Assembly: GCA_024639455.1 (NCBI GenBank)
Contig: JAHEIH010000006.1
Span: 44,411 to 108,410, forward strand
Reading direction: 5' to 3'
From: Cellvibrionales bacterium
GTDB lineage: Bacteria; Pseudomonadota; Gammaproteobacteria; Pseudomonadales; JAHEIH01
DNA length: 64,000 bases
Each line of letters starts with the position of its first letter. Position 1 is the first letter of the stretch. Shown here in pieces: positions 46,879 through 57,955 of this stretch. The notes under the pieces are model-generated. The model was not told the origin of the DNA, ran no database searches, and saw only the letters and a list, made by a program, of their open reading frames with translations. The translations under genes and the position numbers were made by a program.

Positions 46879-47084
46879 AATGCGACTCTCCAGAGATCTA
46901 AGGGTGGTGCGATATCGCGGTATTAGCTTGTTTATGCGACTGTACTGGCAATGTCTTGTCTGTACACTGTTGGCTACACATCATGACGAGCAATGGTAAG
47001 CATTTTAGGCCAAATGGCGGAAGATTGTAAGGCCAGATATTGCTTCAATATTAGACGTTAAGACACAGTTTTACGGATACCACT

Positions 47085-48815
47085 ATGACCGACAAGCAGA
47101 TTAAACCCAGTTTGGATAACCCCTTCGCGGTGAAGAAAGATATGGAGTTTAGTGTTCCAGGCCAAATCAGTTATGAACCCGGCCTTTACGAGCACACATT
47201 GAAAAAAGGCCATGAACTCATGGAACGCCCCCGCACGGCGGCGGGTGTGGCCAATATCGAACGCCAACACCAAAAGAACCGTATGACCATTTGGGAGCGC
47301 ATCGAAGTATTGGTAGATCTAGGCACCAAACCAACGGTGCTGTTCCAAAACTGGGGACCGAATTTAGACGGCGCCTCCTTAGTCACTGCCATTGGCCGCA
47401 TTGGCGGCCGCGATGTGGCGATCTATGGCCACGACTTTACCGTGCGTGCCGGATCCATGGACGCGACTAACGGTACTAAGTTAGCCCGCCTTTTCGAATT
47501 GGCAGGTAAGCGTAAAATACCCCTGGTGGGGTTGAATGATTCTGCTGGCGCCTATGTGCCAGCCGGCGTTGGCGGTCTCGATGGCTACGCCGAGGCTTTC
47601 ACGGCGCTGCGTAAACTGTCTGGCGTGGTGCCAAGCATTATGTGTATGTTTGGCTTCAATGCCGGTGGTGGGTCGTACCTCCCTCGTCAGGGAACCTTTG
47701 TGATTCAACCCCAAAATACTTTCTTTGGCTTGACCGGCCCCGGCGTTGTCAAAAGCGTGTTAGGTGAGTCGGTAACGCCCGATGAATTGGGCGGCCCCGG
47801 TGTTCACTCGCAAACCGGTGTTACTGATTTTGTGGTGCCCGATGAGGTGAGTGCACTGCGTAAAGTGCGGCAGATTCTAGCATATTTGCCCGCCAATAAC
47901 GCCGAATTGGCGCCGTTTGAACCCACATCGGACCCTGTTGATCGCCAAACCTGGGATATCGATATTCTGCTTAAAAAAGCCATTAATTCACGTACCGGCT
48001 TCAACACCCCGTTCGATATTAGTATTTTGATACAACAGCTGTGCGACCACGGCGACTACCTTGAGATTCAACCCGATCGCGCCCGCAATACCATTTGTGC
48101 GCTGGGGCGCATGGGCGGTAACGTGATTGGCTTTGTGGCCAATAACTCCGCAGTGGCTTCGGGGCAAATTGATATTGATGCCGCCTTTAAAAACGCTCGT
48201 TTCATTCGTTTCTGCAACCTGTACAACATACCCATTATCTTCATGGAGGACACCACCGGCTTCTTGCCCGGTCGCGAGCAGGAATCGAACGGTATTGTGC
48301 ACGCAGGTCGTGCCATGCTCGACGCGATCATCGATCTGCGCACACCCCGTTTCCTCGTCATTGTGCGCAACGCGTTTGGCGGTGCCTACGCGTCTTACAA
48401 TAACTATCCCACTGGTGCCGATCTCGTTGTGGCGCTGCCAACCACACGCGCCGCAGTGATGGGTCCAGCAGGTATCGAGTTCGTGTTCAAAAAAGAGCTA
48501 CGCCAAATCCGTAGCGAAATTCCCAAGCGCGCAGCTGAAGTAGTGGCTGAGTTGGTCGCCTCCGGTAAGAGTCAGGCGGAAGCGCAAGCTGAGGCAGACA
48601 AGGTGGCGTTGGCGTGGGCTAAGCGCGAAGAACAAGTGCTGTCCCAGCGCTATGAAGAGCAGCTGATGAACCCTAACGAAGCGTTAAGCTTGGGGTCTAT
48701 TTCGCAAATCGTTATGCCGTCAGATCTACGCGACGTGCTGTGTGAAAACATGGCCTTCCATCTGCGCCACTACAAGGCTGAGCCCATGCAGGGCGTGCAG
48801 CGTGAATTCCACTAA
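47085..48815 (+). CDS. acyl-CoA carboxylase carboxyltransferase (beta) subunit, probable propionyl-CoA carboxylase
   Basis: Two crotonase-like CT halves: ...[12 protein letters not shown]..., DSAGA, GGGSY; the second half has [11 protein letters not shown], ...AFGGAY.... 576 aa, longer than a typical PccB. Confidence 0.78.
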   Translation: MTDKQIKPSLDNPFAVKKDMEFSVPGQISYEPGLYEHTLKKGHELMERPRTAAGVANIERQHQKNRMTIWERIEVLVDLGTKPTVLFQNWGPNLDGASLVTAIGRIGGRDVAIYGHDFTVRAGSMDATNGTKLARLFELAGKRKIPLVGLNDSAGAYVPAGVGGLDGYAEAFTALRKLSGVVPSIMCMFGFNAGGGSYLPRQGTFVIQPQNTFFGLTGPGVVKSVLGESVTPDELGGPGVHSQTGVTDFVVPDEVSALRKVRQILAYLPANNAELAPFEPTSDPVDRQTWDIDILLKKAINSRTGFNTPFDISILIQQLCDHGDYLEIQPDRARNTICALGRMGGNVIGFVANNSAVASGQIDIDAAFKNARFIRFCNLYNIPIIFMEDTTGFLPGREQESNGIVHAGRAMLDAIIDLRTPRFLVIVRNAFGGAYASYNNYPTGADLVVALPTTRAAVMGPAGIEFVFKKELRQIRSEIPKRAAEVVAELVASGKSQAEAQAEADKVALAWAKREEQVLSQRYEEQLMNPNEALSLGSISQIVMPSDLRDVLCENMAFHLRHYKAEPMQGVQREFH

Positions 48816-48844
48816 GCGTCGACGGATAAAACGAGGATATTTTT

Positions 48845-51685
48845 GTGTCAATTAATTACCTGAACAACCCTAAAATTCACGCCAATCGCCGCTTAAGTCA
48901 ATCGAATAGTGATTGGGCGCGCAGTTTTGCCTGTGAAGATATGCGCCCGTTGGTTATCTGTCGTGGTCCTATTCGCAAAGAGGCGATGGATGTATTCGAT
49001 GAAATGGGCATCAATAACTACGGCATTTTGTTGTCGGAAAAAGATTCCATTACATACACCAGTGCGTTGGCGCCTGAATTGCGCCAATTGACCGATCCCA
49101 ATCGCGTCCATCGTGTCCCAGACTATACTGGCGCCTCAAAGGAAGAGCGTATCCAGCGAATTCGTCAGATCATTCAAATTTCCAAAGACAATGGTTATAA
49201 CTCGATCTTTGCCGGCTACGGTTTTATGGCCGAAGACGAGGAAATGGTGCGTTCCATGGAAGAGGCTGGTCTCAATTTTATTGGACCCTGCTCACAAACC
49301 GTCCGTGGCGCCGGTCTAAAAGATGAAGCCAAGCGCACCGCGTTGTCGGTGGGTGTTTCGGTGACACCTGGCGTCGACAACGCGACAACCCTAACATTAT
49401 TAAACAAGTACCCCGACGTGGCGGCTCTGCAAGCCTTAGTGGTTGAACAGGACATGCAGGTCGATGATGCCGCCTGGCAGGGTGATCTATCGGCTGCCGC
49501 TGAAGCCGTGTTGTTGGCATCTTTTGCGAAAGGTATCGATTTATTCAGTATCGACGAATTGGGTGAAACGCTCCGCGGCGAAGTCATCAAGATGTTTGAA
49601 AAATTCCAGGGTAACCGGATCCGCCTGAAAGCTATTTCTGGTGGCGGTGGTAAAGGGCAGCGTATTTTGCGTGCACCCGCCAGCTTCCAAGGTAGCCCCG
49701 CGGAACAGATCGAACAGGCCGCAGCGGTTGTCCCTGAGCTAGCGCGTGAGATTTTGGCAGAAGTCAAGTGTAACGGCGTCGGCGACAACAAGAACGTACT
49801 GGCCGAGTTGAATATTGAGACCACTCGGCACAACGAAATTCAGGTGGTCGGTAACGGTGAGTGGTGTATCACTATGGGTGGTCGCGACTGTTCGCTGCAA
49901 ATGCACGAGCAGAAATTGCTTGAAGTGTCTGTCACCGATGAAGAGCTAGCGGATGCTGTCGCTTTGGCTGAAACGGCAGGGAAAAACGCTGAAGCGAAGA
50001 CCTTAGCCAAGGATCGCGAAATCCTTAGCAATATGGAAGAGCAGGCCTCGCTGTTTGGTGCCGCTGTCGGCCTTGATTCGGTATCGACCTTCGAGTGTAT
50101 CGTCGACTACGAAAACCATTTTTTCATGGAAATGAACACGCGTATCCAAGTAGAGCACCGCGTGACAGAGTTGGTGTACGACTTGGAGTTTTGCAATCCT
50201 GAAAACCCTGCTGATAGCTTTGTGACAACGTCGCTGGTGGAATTGATGGTGCTGTTGGCTCGTCATGGCAAGCGCGTACCCAAACCCCTGCGTCGTGTGC
50301 GATTTAATACCTCTGTTGAGGCGCGTTTGAATGCGACTAACCAAGCGTTGCAGCCCCACGCTGGCGGCATCATCGAACACTGGTCTGACCCCGTCGATGG
50401 CGAGGTTCGCGACGATCAAGGTATTTGCAACCACAACCCAGATACCGGTTCATTTATGCAGTATCACCTAGCGGGAGCCTACGATTCAAACATCGCGCTG
50501 CTGCTGACCACGGGTCGCGACCGCATGGACAGCTATCGCGCCATGGCTGAAGTACTGCGCGAGACCACCCTAGGGGGTAAGGACCTAGCTACTAACCTTG
50601 AATTTCACTACGGTTTGGTGAATTGGTTTATTGGCAATGGCATCAATGCGCGTCCTTCGACGCGTTTTATCGTTCCTTATTTGACGGCGGTGGGCCTGCT
50701 CAAACAGGCAGCGAACAATATTGATATCGAATTCGCTTACCAGCGTATTCGCCAGTACCATGTGGATCGTGCCAGCGATGACACGCGTGCGGCGGTTGCC
50801 AATGCGCTGGATCACAAGTCGGGCATGCTGCAGCGCCTGCTGCGCATTTTGTGTGGTCAACCCCACATCATGGCAGGTTGGTTGAGCGTTAATCAGCAAA
50901 GTTTCGACCATGTTGGTGGCAAGTTGGCGTGGGTGGCGAATCCGATTGAGGTATTGGCCGATTTATACCATTTCTTAAACATGGATTATGTCGCCGGCGA
51001 AGCCGCTGCTGATATGATTTGGGACCACGATAACGCGCTCTTAAGTGAGGCCTTGGCCTTCTACACCGAGTTACAGTCTCGTTTAGGGACTGATGACTAT
51101 CTCAGTCTGTGCCAATGCCTGTCAGGTAGTGCCCCCGAGGGTTTTGATACCGATCTTTGGCGGGCATCACAAGCAGCGCACGAGGGTTACCGTCTAGGCA
51201 CCGAAGTCCTGCTGATTCTGCCCGAAATCGCCATTGAGACGGGTTTCTTTGATCTCAGAGTGAATGACGACTTGAGTATCACCATTCCAGAACGCCTGAC
51301 CGATACTGCGCTACAGGATAAGATGGCCAAGGTACTTGTACCTCCTCCAGTCGCTAAGTCGGACGAGATTTTAGCCGCTAGCGGTGGTATGTTTTACGCG
51401 CGTGAAGCGCCAGATATGGACGTCTATGTGAAAGAGGGCGATCATTTCAACGCTGGCGATACCCTCTACATTGTCGAGGTGATGAAGATGTTTAACAAGG
51501 TTAAAGCGACCTTTGCAGGCACCATCGATAAAGTGTTGATTGACACCGACGGCACCATTATTAAAAAGGGGCAGCCACTATTTAAAGTGACACCCGATGA
51601 AAAAATTGTTATTGAAAGCGAAGAAGACAAAGCCGCCCGCAAGCAAAAAGCGACCGATAGCTTCCTCGCCAAACTGGCTCACTAA
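48845..51685 (+). CDS. biotin carboxylase + BCCP (alpha) subunit of acyl-CoA carboxylase, atypically long (946 aa)
   Basis: ATP-grasp glycine loop ISGGGGKGQRIL. Catalytic block EMNTRIQVEHRVTE. C-terminal biotinyl domain with YIVEVMKMFNKV (biotin Lys). The N-terminus and inter-domain regions are non-canonical. Confidence 0.75.
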   Translation: MSINYLNNPKIHANRRLSQSNSDWARSFACEDMRPLVICRGPIRKEAMDVFDEMGINNYGILLSEKDSITYTSALAPELRQLTDPNRVHRVPDYTGASKEERIQRIRQIIQISKDNGYNSIFAGYGFMAEDEEMVRSMEEAGLNFIGPCSQTVRGAGLKDEAKRTALSVGVSVTPGVDNATTLTLLNKYPDVAALQALVVEQDMQVDDAAWQGDLSAAAEAVLLASFAKGIDLFSIDELGETLRGEVIKMFEKFQGNRIRLKAISGGGGKGQRILRAPASFQGSPAEQIEQAAAVVPELAREILAEVKCNGVGDNKNVLAELNIETTRHNEIQVVGNGEWCITMGGRDCSLQMHEQKLLEVSVTDEELADAVALAETAGKNAEAKTLAKDREILSNMEEQASLFGAAVGLDSVSTFECIVDYENHFFMEMNTRIQVEHRVTELVYDLEFCNPENPADSFVTTSLVELMVLLARHGKRVPKPLRRVRFNTSVEARLNATNQALQPHAGGIIEHWSDPVDGEVRDDQGICNHNPDTGSFMQYHLAGAYDSNIALLLTTGRDRMDSYRAMAEVLRETTLGGKDLATNLEFHYGLVNWFIGNGINARPSTRFIVPYLTAVGLLKQAANNIDIEFAYQRIRQYHVDRASDDTRAAVANALDHKSGMLQRLLRILCGQPHIMAGWLSVNQQSFDHVGGKLAWVANPIEVLADLYHFLNMDYVAGEAAADMIWDHDNALLSEALAFYTELQSRLGTDDYLSLCQCLSGSAPEGFDTDLWRASQAAHEGYRLGTEVLLILPEIAIETGFFDLRVNDDLSITIPERLTDTALQDKMAKVLVPPPVAKSDEILAASGGMFYAREAPDMDVYVKEGDHFNAGDTLYIVEVMKMFNKVKATFAGTIDKVLIDTDGTIIKKGQPLFKVTPDEKIVIESEEDKAARKQKATDSFLAKLAH

Positions 51686-51695
51686 GGAGTTTGCA

Positions 51696-52106
51696 GTGAT
51701 TACAGGATTAGACCATATCGCCATTGCCGTGCCCGACTTAAGTGCGGCTATCGAGCGCTTTATGAATGATTTTGGCTTAGAATTTAAGGGCACCGAAGAT
51801 GTGCCTGCGGCGAAGACCTCGACCGCCTTTTTCCCGGTGCCAGCGACACAGATTGAATTGGTTCACCCGCTTAACGGCGAGGGTGCCATTGCCAAATACC
51901 TTGAGAAGCGCCCGGGAGGTCTGCATCATCTTTGCTTCCGCACCGATGACATCGACGCCGATATCGAGCGTTTAAAAGCCAAAGGCTATGTATTTTTGTC
52001 CGATGCGCCTAGCAAAGGCGCCCACAATTGCAAGGTGATCTTTATTCACCCCAAAAGCTGCGACGGCGTGTTGATCGAATTAAATCAGCCCTGCGAAGAT
52101 CACTAA
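51696..52106 (+). CDS. mce: methylmalonyl-CoA epimerase (VOC/glyoxalase fold)
   Basis: Start moved to GTG 51696 behind an aaggag SD; the ORF-track start 51597 lies inside the carboxylase gene. LDHIAIAV...HHLCF...ELNQP are the VOC metal ligands. Confidence 0.85.
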   Translation: MITGLDHIAIAVPDLSAAIERFMNDFGLEFKGTEDVPAAKTSTAFFPVPATQIELVHPLNGEGAIAKYLEKRPGGLHHLCFRTDDIDADIERLKAKGYVFLSDAPSKGAHNCKVIFIHPKSCDGVLIELNQPCEDH

Positions 52107-52115
52107 GGTATTACC

Positions 52116-54269
52116 ATGTCTGAGAATTTTAAACCCAAACAACACAATGTTGCCGAGTGGCGCGAACTGGCAAATAAGCAGATGCGTGGCAAAACGTTGG
52201 ACGATTTAACCTGGCATACCCCTGAGGGTATCGACGTTAAACCACTTTACACTCGTGAAGATACTGAAGGGCTTGAATATACCAACACCATGCCCGGCAT
52301 GGCGCCATATATTCGTGGCCCGCAAGCCACCATGTACGCTGGCCGCCCCTGGACCATTCGCCAATACGCTGGTTTTTCTACCGCTGAAGAGTCCAATGCT
52401 TTCTATCGCAAAGCGCTGGCGGCGGGTGGGCAGGGCGTGTCGGTGGCGTTCGACTTAGCCACTCACCGCGGCTACGACTCGGATCACCCGCGCGTTACGG
52501 GCGACGTTGGTAAGGCCGGTGTGGCAGTTGATTCCGTGGAAGATATGAAGATTCTGTTCGACGGTATTCCGCTCGATAAAGTATCGGTTTCGATGACCAT
52601 GAACGGTGCCGTGCTGCCGGTACTGGCGGGCTATATTGTCGCGGCTGAAGAACAGGGCGTCAGCCAAGATCATCTGTCGGGCACTATCCAGAACGATATT
52701 CTGAAAGAGTTCATGGTGCGCAATACCTATATTTATCCTCCATCACCCTCGATGCGAATCATCGGCGACATCATCGCTTACGCGTCTCAGCATATGCCCA
52801 AGTTCAATACCATCTCAATTTCGGGTTACCACATTCAAGAGGCCGGTGCAGATGCGGCGCTAGAATTGGCCTATACCCTGGCTGACGGTAAGGAATACAT
52901 TCGAACCGCAATCGCGGCGGGCCTTGATATCGATCAGTTCGCACCGCGTCTGTCGTTTTTCTGGGGCATTGGTATGAACTTCTATATGGAGATCGCCAAG
53001 TTGCGTGCGGCGCGCTTGTTGTGGGCTAAAATCGTCAGTGAGTTCAACCCGCAGAATCCCAAATCATCGATGTTGCGTACCCACAGCCAGACTTCGGGTT
53101 GGTCGCTGACCGAGCAGGACCCATACAATAATATCGTGCGCACCACTATCGAAGCGATGGCCGCCGTTTTCGGTGGCACTCAGTCGCTGCATACCAACGC
53201 GTTGGACGAGGCGATTGCACTGCCAACGGAGTTTTCGGCTCGCATCGCACGCAATACCCAGTTGATCATTCAAGAAGAAACCGGTATCACCAAAGTAGTT
53301 GACCCTTGGGGCGGCTCATACATGATGGAAAGCCTTACTAAGGATATTGCCGACAAGGCTTGGGAATTGATTGAAGAGGTCGAAGCACAGGGCGGCATGG
53401 CCAAGGCCATCGAAACGGGTATGCCCAAACTTAAGATTGAGGAGTCAGCGGCGCGCAAACAAGCGCGGATCGACCGCGGCGAAGACGTTATCGTGGGTGT
53501 TAACAAATACACCTTAGCGGAAGAGCAAGATGTCGACATTCTTGAAATCGATAACGACAAGGTGCGTCAGTCTCAGGTGGATCGTCTCGGTCGTATTCGC
53601 GGTGAACGCGATGAAGCGGCCGTTGAAACGCTGTTGGAAGCCATCTTCCAAGCGGCTGAGAGCGGCCAGGGCAACTTGCTAGATCTGTCGGTACAGGCCA
53701 CGCGTGCACGTGCTACAGTGGGTGAAATTTCTTACGCTATCGAGCGTGCCGTAGGACGTTTTAATGCCACCGCACAAACCGTGTCTGGTGTATATGGCGC
53801 CGCTTATGAGGACGATGATATGTGGCAAGGTATTGCAAGTGACATCGACGCTTTTGTTGAGCAGTTTGGTCGACGCCCTCGCATGTTGGTGTGCAAGATG
53901 GGTCAAGACGGCCACGATCGCGGCGCCAAAGTCATTGCCACCGCGTTTGCCGACGTAGGGTTCGACATCGACCTGTCGCCTATGTTTTCGACCCCAGAGG
54001 AAGTGGCCAAGCAAGCCATCGAAAACGATGTTCATGTCGTGGGTGTGTCCTCTCAAGCCGCGGGTCACAAAACGCTGGTACCGCAGCTTATCGAAGAACT
54101 CAACAAACAGGGCGCTAGCGATATCATCGTGGTGGCGGGCGGTGTGATTCCCAAGCAGGATTACGACTACTTGTATCAAGCGGGTGTGGTGGGAATCTTT
54201 GGTCCCGGCACCAAGATTCCGCTAGCGGCTCGCGACGTGCTGGAAAGCATTAAAAAGGCGCAGGGCTAA
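52116..54269 (+). CDS. scpA: methylmalonyl-CoA mutase (single-polypeptide, B12-dependent)
   Basis: 717 aa. [18 protein letters not shown] and the [17 protein letters not shown] substrate barrel. C-terminal B12 domain with the [11 protein letters not shown] (DxHxxG) motif. Confidence 0.92.
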   Translation: MSENFKPKQHNVAEWRELANKQMRGKTLDDLTWHTPEGIDVKPLYTREDTEGLEYTNTMPGMAPYIRGPQATMYAGRPWTIRQYAGFSTAEESNAFYRKALAAGGQGVSVAFDLATHRGYDSDHPRVTGDVGKAGVAVDSVEDMKILFDGIPLDKVSVSMTMNGAVLPVLAGYIVAAEEQGVSQDHLSGTIQNDILKEFMVRNTYIYPPSPSMRIIGDIIAYASQHMPKFNTISISGYHIQEAGADAALELAYTLADGKEYIRTAIAAGLDIDQFAPRLSFFWGIGMNFYMEIAKLRAARLLWAKIVSEFNPQNPKSSMLRTHSQTSGWSLTEQDPYNNIVRTTIEAMAAVFGGTQSLHTNALDEAIALPTEFSARIARNTQLIIQEETGITKVVDPWGGSYMMESLTKDIADKAWELIEEVEAQGGMAKAIETGMPKLKIEESAARKQARIDRGEDVIVGVNKYTLAEEQDVDILEIDNDKVRQSQVDRLGRIRGERDEAAVETLLEAIFQAAESGQGNLLDLSVQATRARATVGEISYAIERAVGRFNATAQTVSGVYGAAYEDDDMWQGIASDIDAFVEQFGRRPRMLVCKMGQDGHDRGAKVIATAFADVGFDIDLSPMFSTPEEVAKQAIENDVHVVGVSSQAAGHKTLVPQLIEELNKQGASDIIVVAGGVIPKQDYDYLYQAGVVGIFGPGTKIPLAARDVLESIKKAQG

Positions 54270-54278
54270 GGGGGCGCC

Positions 54279-55235
54279 GTGGCCATCGATGTCGAGGCAT
54301 TAATTCAAGGTAACCGGCGTGCACTCGCCAAGTCGATTACTTTGATTGAAAGTCAGCGCAGCGATGACCGCGACGCTGCTCAGCAATTACTGCAGCGCGT
54401 ATTGCCGCACACCGGCAATAGCGTGCGTATCGGCATCACCGGCATTCCAGGTGTTGGCAAGTCGACGTTTATTGAAGCGTTTGGCCTGTATTTATTATCA
54501 CAGGGCAAGCGCGTGGCGGTGCTTGCTGTCGACCCCAGTTCCCCCATCTCGGGTGGTAGTATTCTGGGCGATAAAACCCGTATGGAGGTGCTGTCGCGTC
54601 AAGACGGTGCTTTTATTCGTCCTTCGCCCTCACAGGGCTCATTGGGCGGGGTGGCGCAAAAGACGCGCGAAACCATGCTGCTGTGTGAGGCAGCGGGCTA
54701 TGATGTGATCATCGTTGAAACTGTTGGAGTGGGGCAGTCAGAGTACCAGGTGGCCGCGATGGTCGACTTTTTTATGGTACTCATGCTTCCCAATGCAGGC
54801 GACGAGTTGCAAGGTATTAAAAAGGGCATCATGGAGTTGGCGGATGCGCTGGTGATTAATAAGGCGGATGGCGATAGCGTCAACCTAGCTAAGCAAACCC
54901 AGAGCCACTACCAAAGTGCACTGCATTTACTCTCGCCGCAAAGTTTTTGGTCGCCGCCTGTTTTGCAGTGCTCGGCATTACAAAACGCCGGTATTGACGC
55001 GGTGTGGGCCATGCTGGCTGACTATGTGGCACAGGCGGAGCAGGTCGGTCATTTTCAGGCTAAACGGCAACGCCAAAGTCGCCAGTGGATGCAGAGTTTG
55101 ATCCAGGAGTTGTTGCAGCAAAAACTGCAGGCCAACCCCGATATTCGCGCCTTACTCCCGGAGTTACAGCGTCAGGTGATGGCGGGTGAAGAAACCCCCT
55201 TAATGGCCGCTAAAACTATTATTGAGATGCTTTAA
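54279..55235 (+). CDS. meaB: methylmalonyl-CoA mutase-associated GTPase MeaB/ArgK
   Basis: P-loop GIPGVGKST, ETVGVGQSE, INKADG. Confidence 0.9.
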   Translation: MAIDVEALIQGNRRALAKSITLIESQRSDDRDAAQQLLQRVLPHTGNSVRIGITGIPGVGKSTFIEAFGLYLLSQGKRVAVLAVDPSSPISGGSILGDKTRMEVLSRQDGAFIRPSPSQGSLGGVAQKTRETMLLCEAAGYDVIIVETVGVGQSEYQVAAMVDFFMVLMLPNAGDELQGIKKGIMELADALVINKADGDSVNLAKQTQSHYQSALHLLSPQSFWSPPVLQCSALQNAGIDAVWAMLADYVAQAEQVGHFQAKRQRQSRQWMQSLIQELLQQKLQANPDIRALLPELQRQVMAGEETPLMAAKTIIEML

Positions 55236-55693
55236 TGACCACGATCTGGATCGACGCCGACGCCATTCCCACTGCCATCAAAGATATTATTTGTAAAGCT
55301 GCTAACCGAACCTCTACACCGACGGTGTTTGTGGCTAATCGCCCTACGCAGTTACCCGGCTCTAAGTTTTTGTCCTACCGCGTCGTAAGTGGTGGTTTTG
55401 ACGAAGCAGATAACGCCATTGTAGCCGCCTGTGAGACGGGCGACTTGGTGATAACCAATGATATTCCCTTGGCAGCAGATGCCATAGCTAAGGGCGCACA
55501 GGTGATCAACAATCGTGGCGAGCCGCTGACCAAACAGAATATTGGCGCGAAGTTAAATATGCGAGATTTTTACGACACCATGCGTGCCAGTGGTATTCAG
55601 GGACGGGGCCCCGCGCCATTGTCAGCGCAGGATCGGCAGGCATTTGCCAATGGCTTGGACAAATACCTCGCCAAACTTCCCAAGATCTCTTAG
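55235..55693 (+). CDS. yaiI: YaiI/YqxD family protein (UPF0178)
   Basis: IWIDADA.P, GDLVITNDIPLAA and MRDFYDTMRASGIQ are collinear with E. coli YaiI. Confidence 0.8.
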   Translation: MTTIWIDADAIPTAIKDIICKAANRTSTPTVFVANRPTQLPGSKFLSYRVVSGGFDEADNAIVAACETGDLVITNDIPLAADAIAKGAQVINNRGEPLTKQNIGAKLNMRDFYDTMRASGIQGRGPAPLSAQDRQAFANGLDKYLAKLPKIS

Positions 55694-57813
55694 CTCGAGA
55701 CCGAGGCCGTTTTATTGTCTGCTAATTGAGGCGTGCCTTTGAAGAAGGCGTCCCCCATGATGCGCGCGGCTTCTTCTAAGTAAAAATCGGCAGGCTGTTC
55801 TGCCTCTTCCTCATCCTCGTCACTCGGTGGTGTGACAGGTTCGGTTTCTGCGGCTACCATCTCCTCAATTTCCTCTTCGCTCAACAGTTCCTCACCCTTG
55901 GCTTTGCGACGCTCGTTTTCTAAATCACGCATTACCTGGCGATCAGCATCGCGCAGTGCTTGCAACTTCTCTTCATTGAGAGGAAGCGTTTTGCGTTCTG
56001 CTCTCGCTTTCATGGCTTCGAAGCGTCTCTCTACGAACACGAAGTCGGGATCTGCGGTGATGCGCTGGTCGTGGGCAATGCGTGCGGCATCGATGGTGGC
56101 CTCGTCAATTTGGTAGCTGTAATGACGCACCGGACGAATGGTGTCCCAAGGTAGGGCCGCGTCTAGGGCGCTTTCACCCACCTTGTCGTGATCAAGGCTT
56201 ACTGGGAAGTGAATGTCGGGAATCACGCCACGATGCTGGGTAGATTCACCAGAGATGCGATAAAACTTTGACTCGGTCAATTTCAGTTGCCCAGACTCTA
56301 ATGGCGCCAGTGATTGCACGGTGCCCTTGCCAAATGATTGTTCGCCGACGATGATACCGCGCTTATAGTCTTGTATAGCGCCGGCAAAAATTTCCGAGGC
56401 TGACGCTGACAAACGGTCGATCATGACCACCAATGGACCATCGTAGAATGGTGTTGGGATGGGTTTGCCTTGGCGCAGCACGCGCTTGCTAGCCTTGCGG
56501 ATTTGCACCGTAGGACCGGCTTCGATGAACAACCCCGTTAGCGCGTTGGCCTCTTGTAGCGAACCGCCCCCATTGCCACGCAGATCGATGATCAAGCCTT
56601 CGATATTGTCTTGCTCGATCATTTCATTGAGGAGGTTTTGGACGTCGCGAGAGGTGCTCTTATACTCGGGGTCGCCGTTGCGCAGCGCTTCAAAGTCAAT
56701 ATAGAAGGCTGGTATTTGAATCACACCCACCTTCACGATATCACCATTGGCGTTGACCGTTTCAACCACCTTCTTCTGTGCATCTTGGTCTTCAAGTTTG
56801 ACCTTGTTGCGGGTGATGGTGACGATCTCTCGTGCGCCTTCATCGCTGTCTGAGGGAATGACTTCCAGCTTAACGACAGAATCCTTAGGGCCGCGAATCA
56901 GATCGACCACTTCGTCGAGGCGCCAGCCAATGACATCTTTAAACTCGCCGTCAGCACCTTGCGCAACGCCCACAATACGATCGGCAGCTTTAAGCTGTCC
57001 CTGTTTATCGGCTGGGCCGCCTTTAACAATACGCACAATTTTGGTGTATTCATCCTCACGTTGAAGAACCGCTCCGATACCTTCCAATGATAAGCTCATG
57101 GAAATATTGAAGTTCTCAGACGTGCGAGGGGAGAAATATGACGTATGGGGATCGTACAGCGAGGTCAGCGAGTTGACGAATAGTTGATACACGTCTTCGT
57201 TGGCAATCTGCACACTGCGGTCGAGATTGTTTTTGTACCGACGCACCAGTTGCTCGGCGCTATCTTCAAGCGACTTGCCCGCGAGTTTAAGCGATAGTAA
57301 TTGGTATTTCAGGGTGCGGCGCCACAGGTCGTCAAATTCTTGCTCGGTCTCGAGCCAGGGCATTTCCGAACGGTCGATAACGAGTTCTTCATCGCTATCA
57401 AATGTGAAATTTTCTACGTTGCCCAATAGCTCGATGTTCTTTTCTACGCGATCGATATAGCGCTGCTGATAGCGATTAAACATGGTAAACGCCGCATCGA
57501 GATTGCCGCGTTTTAGCATATTGTCGAATTTAAAGCGGTACTCGGTGAATTCGGCGATATCCTGCTGGCTCAAATAGGAGCGATTGGGGTCGAGGGCTTT
57601 CAAATAGCCATCGAATAAATTGGAAGACAATGCATCATCGATCGGGATGCTTGAGAAGTGCAACATACGCAGCTTTTCTAATATCTCAATGGTGGTGATT
57701 TCCTGAGTGGTGGTCGGCTCTAATGGGGTGAATTCCATGGCCGACAGACCCTGGCTACTGCTAAACAGTGCAAACGCAAGCAGGGCGTGACGAATACGAC
57801 GTTGAAAGAACAT
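55690..57813 (-). CDS. prc: carboxy-terminal processing (tail-specific) protease
   Basis: Signal peptide, PDZ region, S41 catalytic blocks DLRGNGGG and SASASEIFAGA.QDY. The acidic C-terminal tail and 707-aa size are typical of Prc. Confidence 0.9.
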   Translation of the reverse strand: MFFQRRIRHALLAFALFSSSQGLSAMEFTPLEPTTTQEITTIEILEKLRMLHFSSIPIDDALSSNLFDGYLKALDPNRSYLSQQDIAEFTEYRFKFDNMLKRGNLDAAFTMFNRYQQRYIDRVEKNIELLGNVENFTFDSDEELVIDRSEMPWLETEQEFDDLWRRTLKYQLLSLKLAGKSLEDSAEQLVRRYKNNLDRSVQIANEDVYQLFVNSLTSLYDPHTSYFSPRTSENFNISMSLSLEGIGAVLQREDEYTKIVRIVKGGPADKQGQLKAADRIVGVAQGADGEFKDVIGWRLDEVVDLIRGPKDSVVKLEVIPSDSDEGAREIVTITRNKVKLEDQDAQKKVVETVNANGDIVKVGVIQIPAFYIDFEALRNGDPEYKSTSRDVQNLLNEMIEQDNIEGLIIDLRGNGGGSLQEANALTGLFIEAGPTVQIRKASKRVLRQGKPIPTPFYDGPLVVMIDRLSASASEIFAGAIQDYKRGIIVGEQSFGKGTVQSLAPLESGQLKLTESKFYRISGESTQHRGVIPDIHFPVSLDHDKVGESALDAALPWDTIRPVRHYSYQIDEATIDAARIAHDQRITADPDFVFVERRFEAMKARAERKTLPLNEEKLQALRDADRQVMRDLENERRKAKGEELLSEEEIEEMVAAETEPVTPPSDEDEEEAEQPADFYLEEAARIMGDAFFKGTPQLADNKTASVSS

Positions 57814-57955
57814 ATCAACAAACTCTCCTTAGTTGAGGTTTGAGTGTGTATTTTTTACATAAAGACTTCAAGCAAATACGTTAAAGAGACTGCACAAGTC
57901 CTCAAAAGCGTGGGATAATTCACCTCTATTTTTCTTTGACACAGGAACACGCGAA

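Noticed and set aside
46879-47084. Possible cobalamin riboswitch or regulator site upstream of the methylmalonyl cluster, and at 52107-52115 before the mutase
   Set aside because: I found no B12-box (the only GCCACTG seen is inside tesA) and no conserved riboswitch stems. The region looks like an ordinary divergent promoter.
51597-51695. The longer start for the epimerase (ORF-track 169 aa), and likewise the long starts at 41746 (PLP enzyme), 30918 (ycgL), 21304 (arsJ), 39882 (thioesterase) and 2265 (ybfF)
   Set aside because: Each extension overlaps the preceding gene or a terminator and adds non-homologous residues. Internal starts with good SD sequences reproduce the expected family N-termini.
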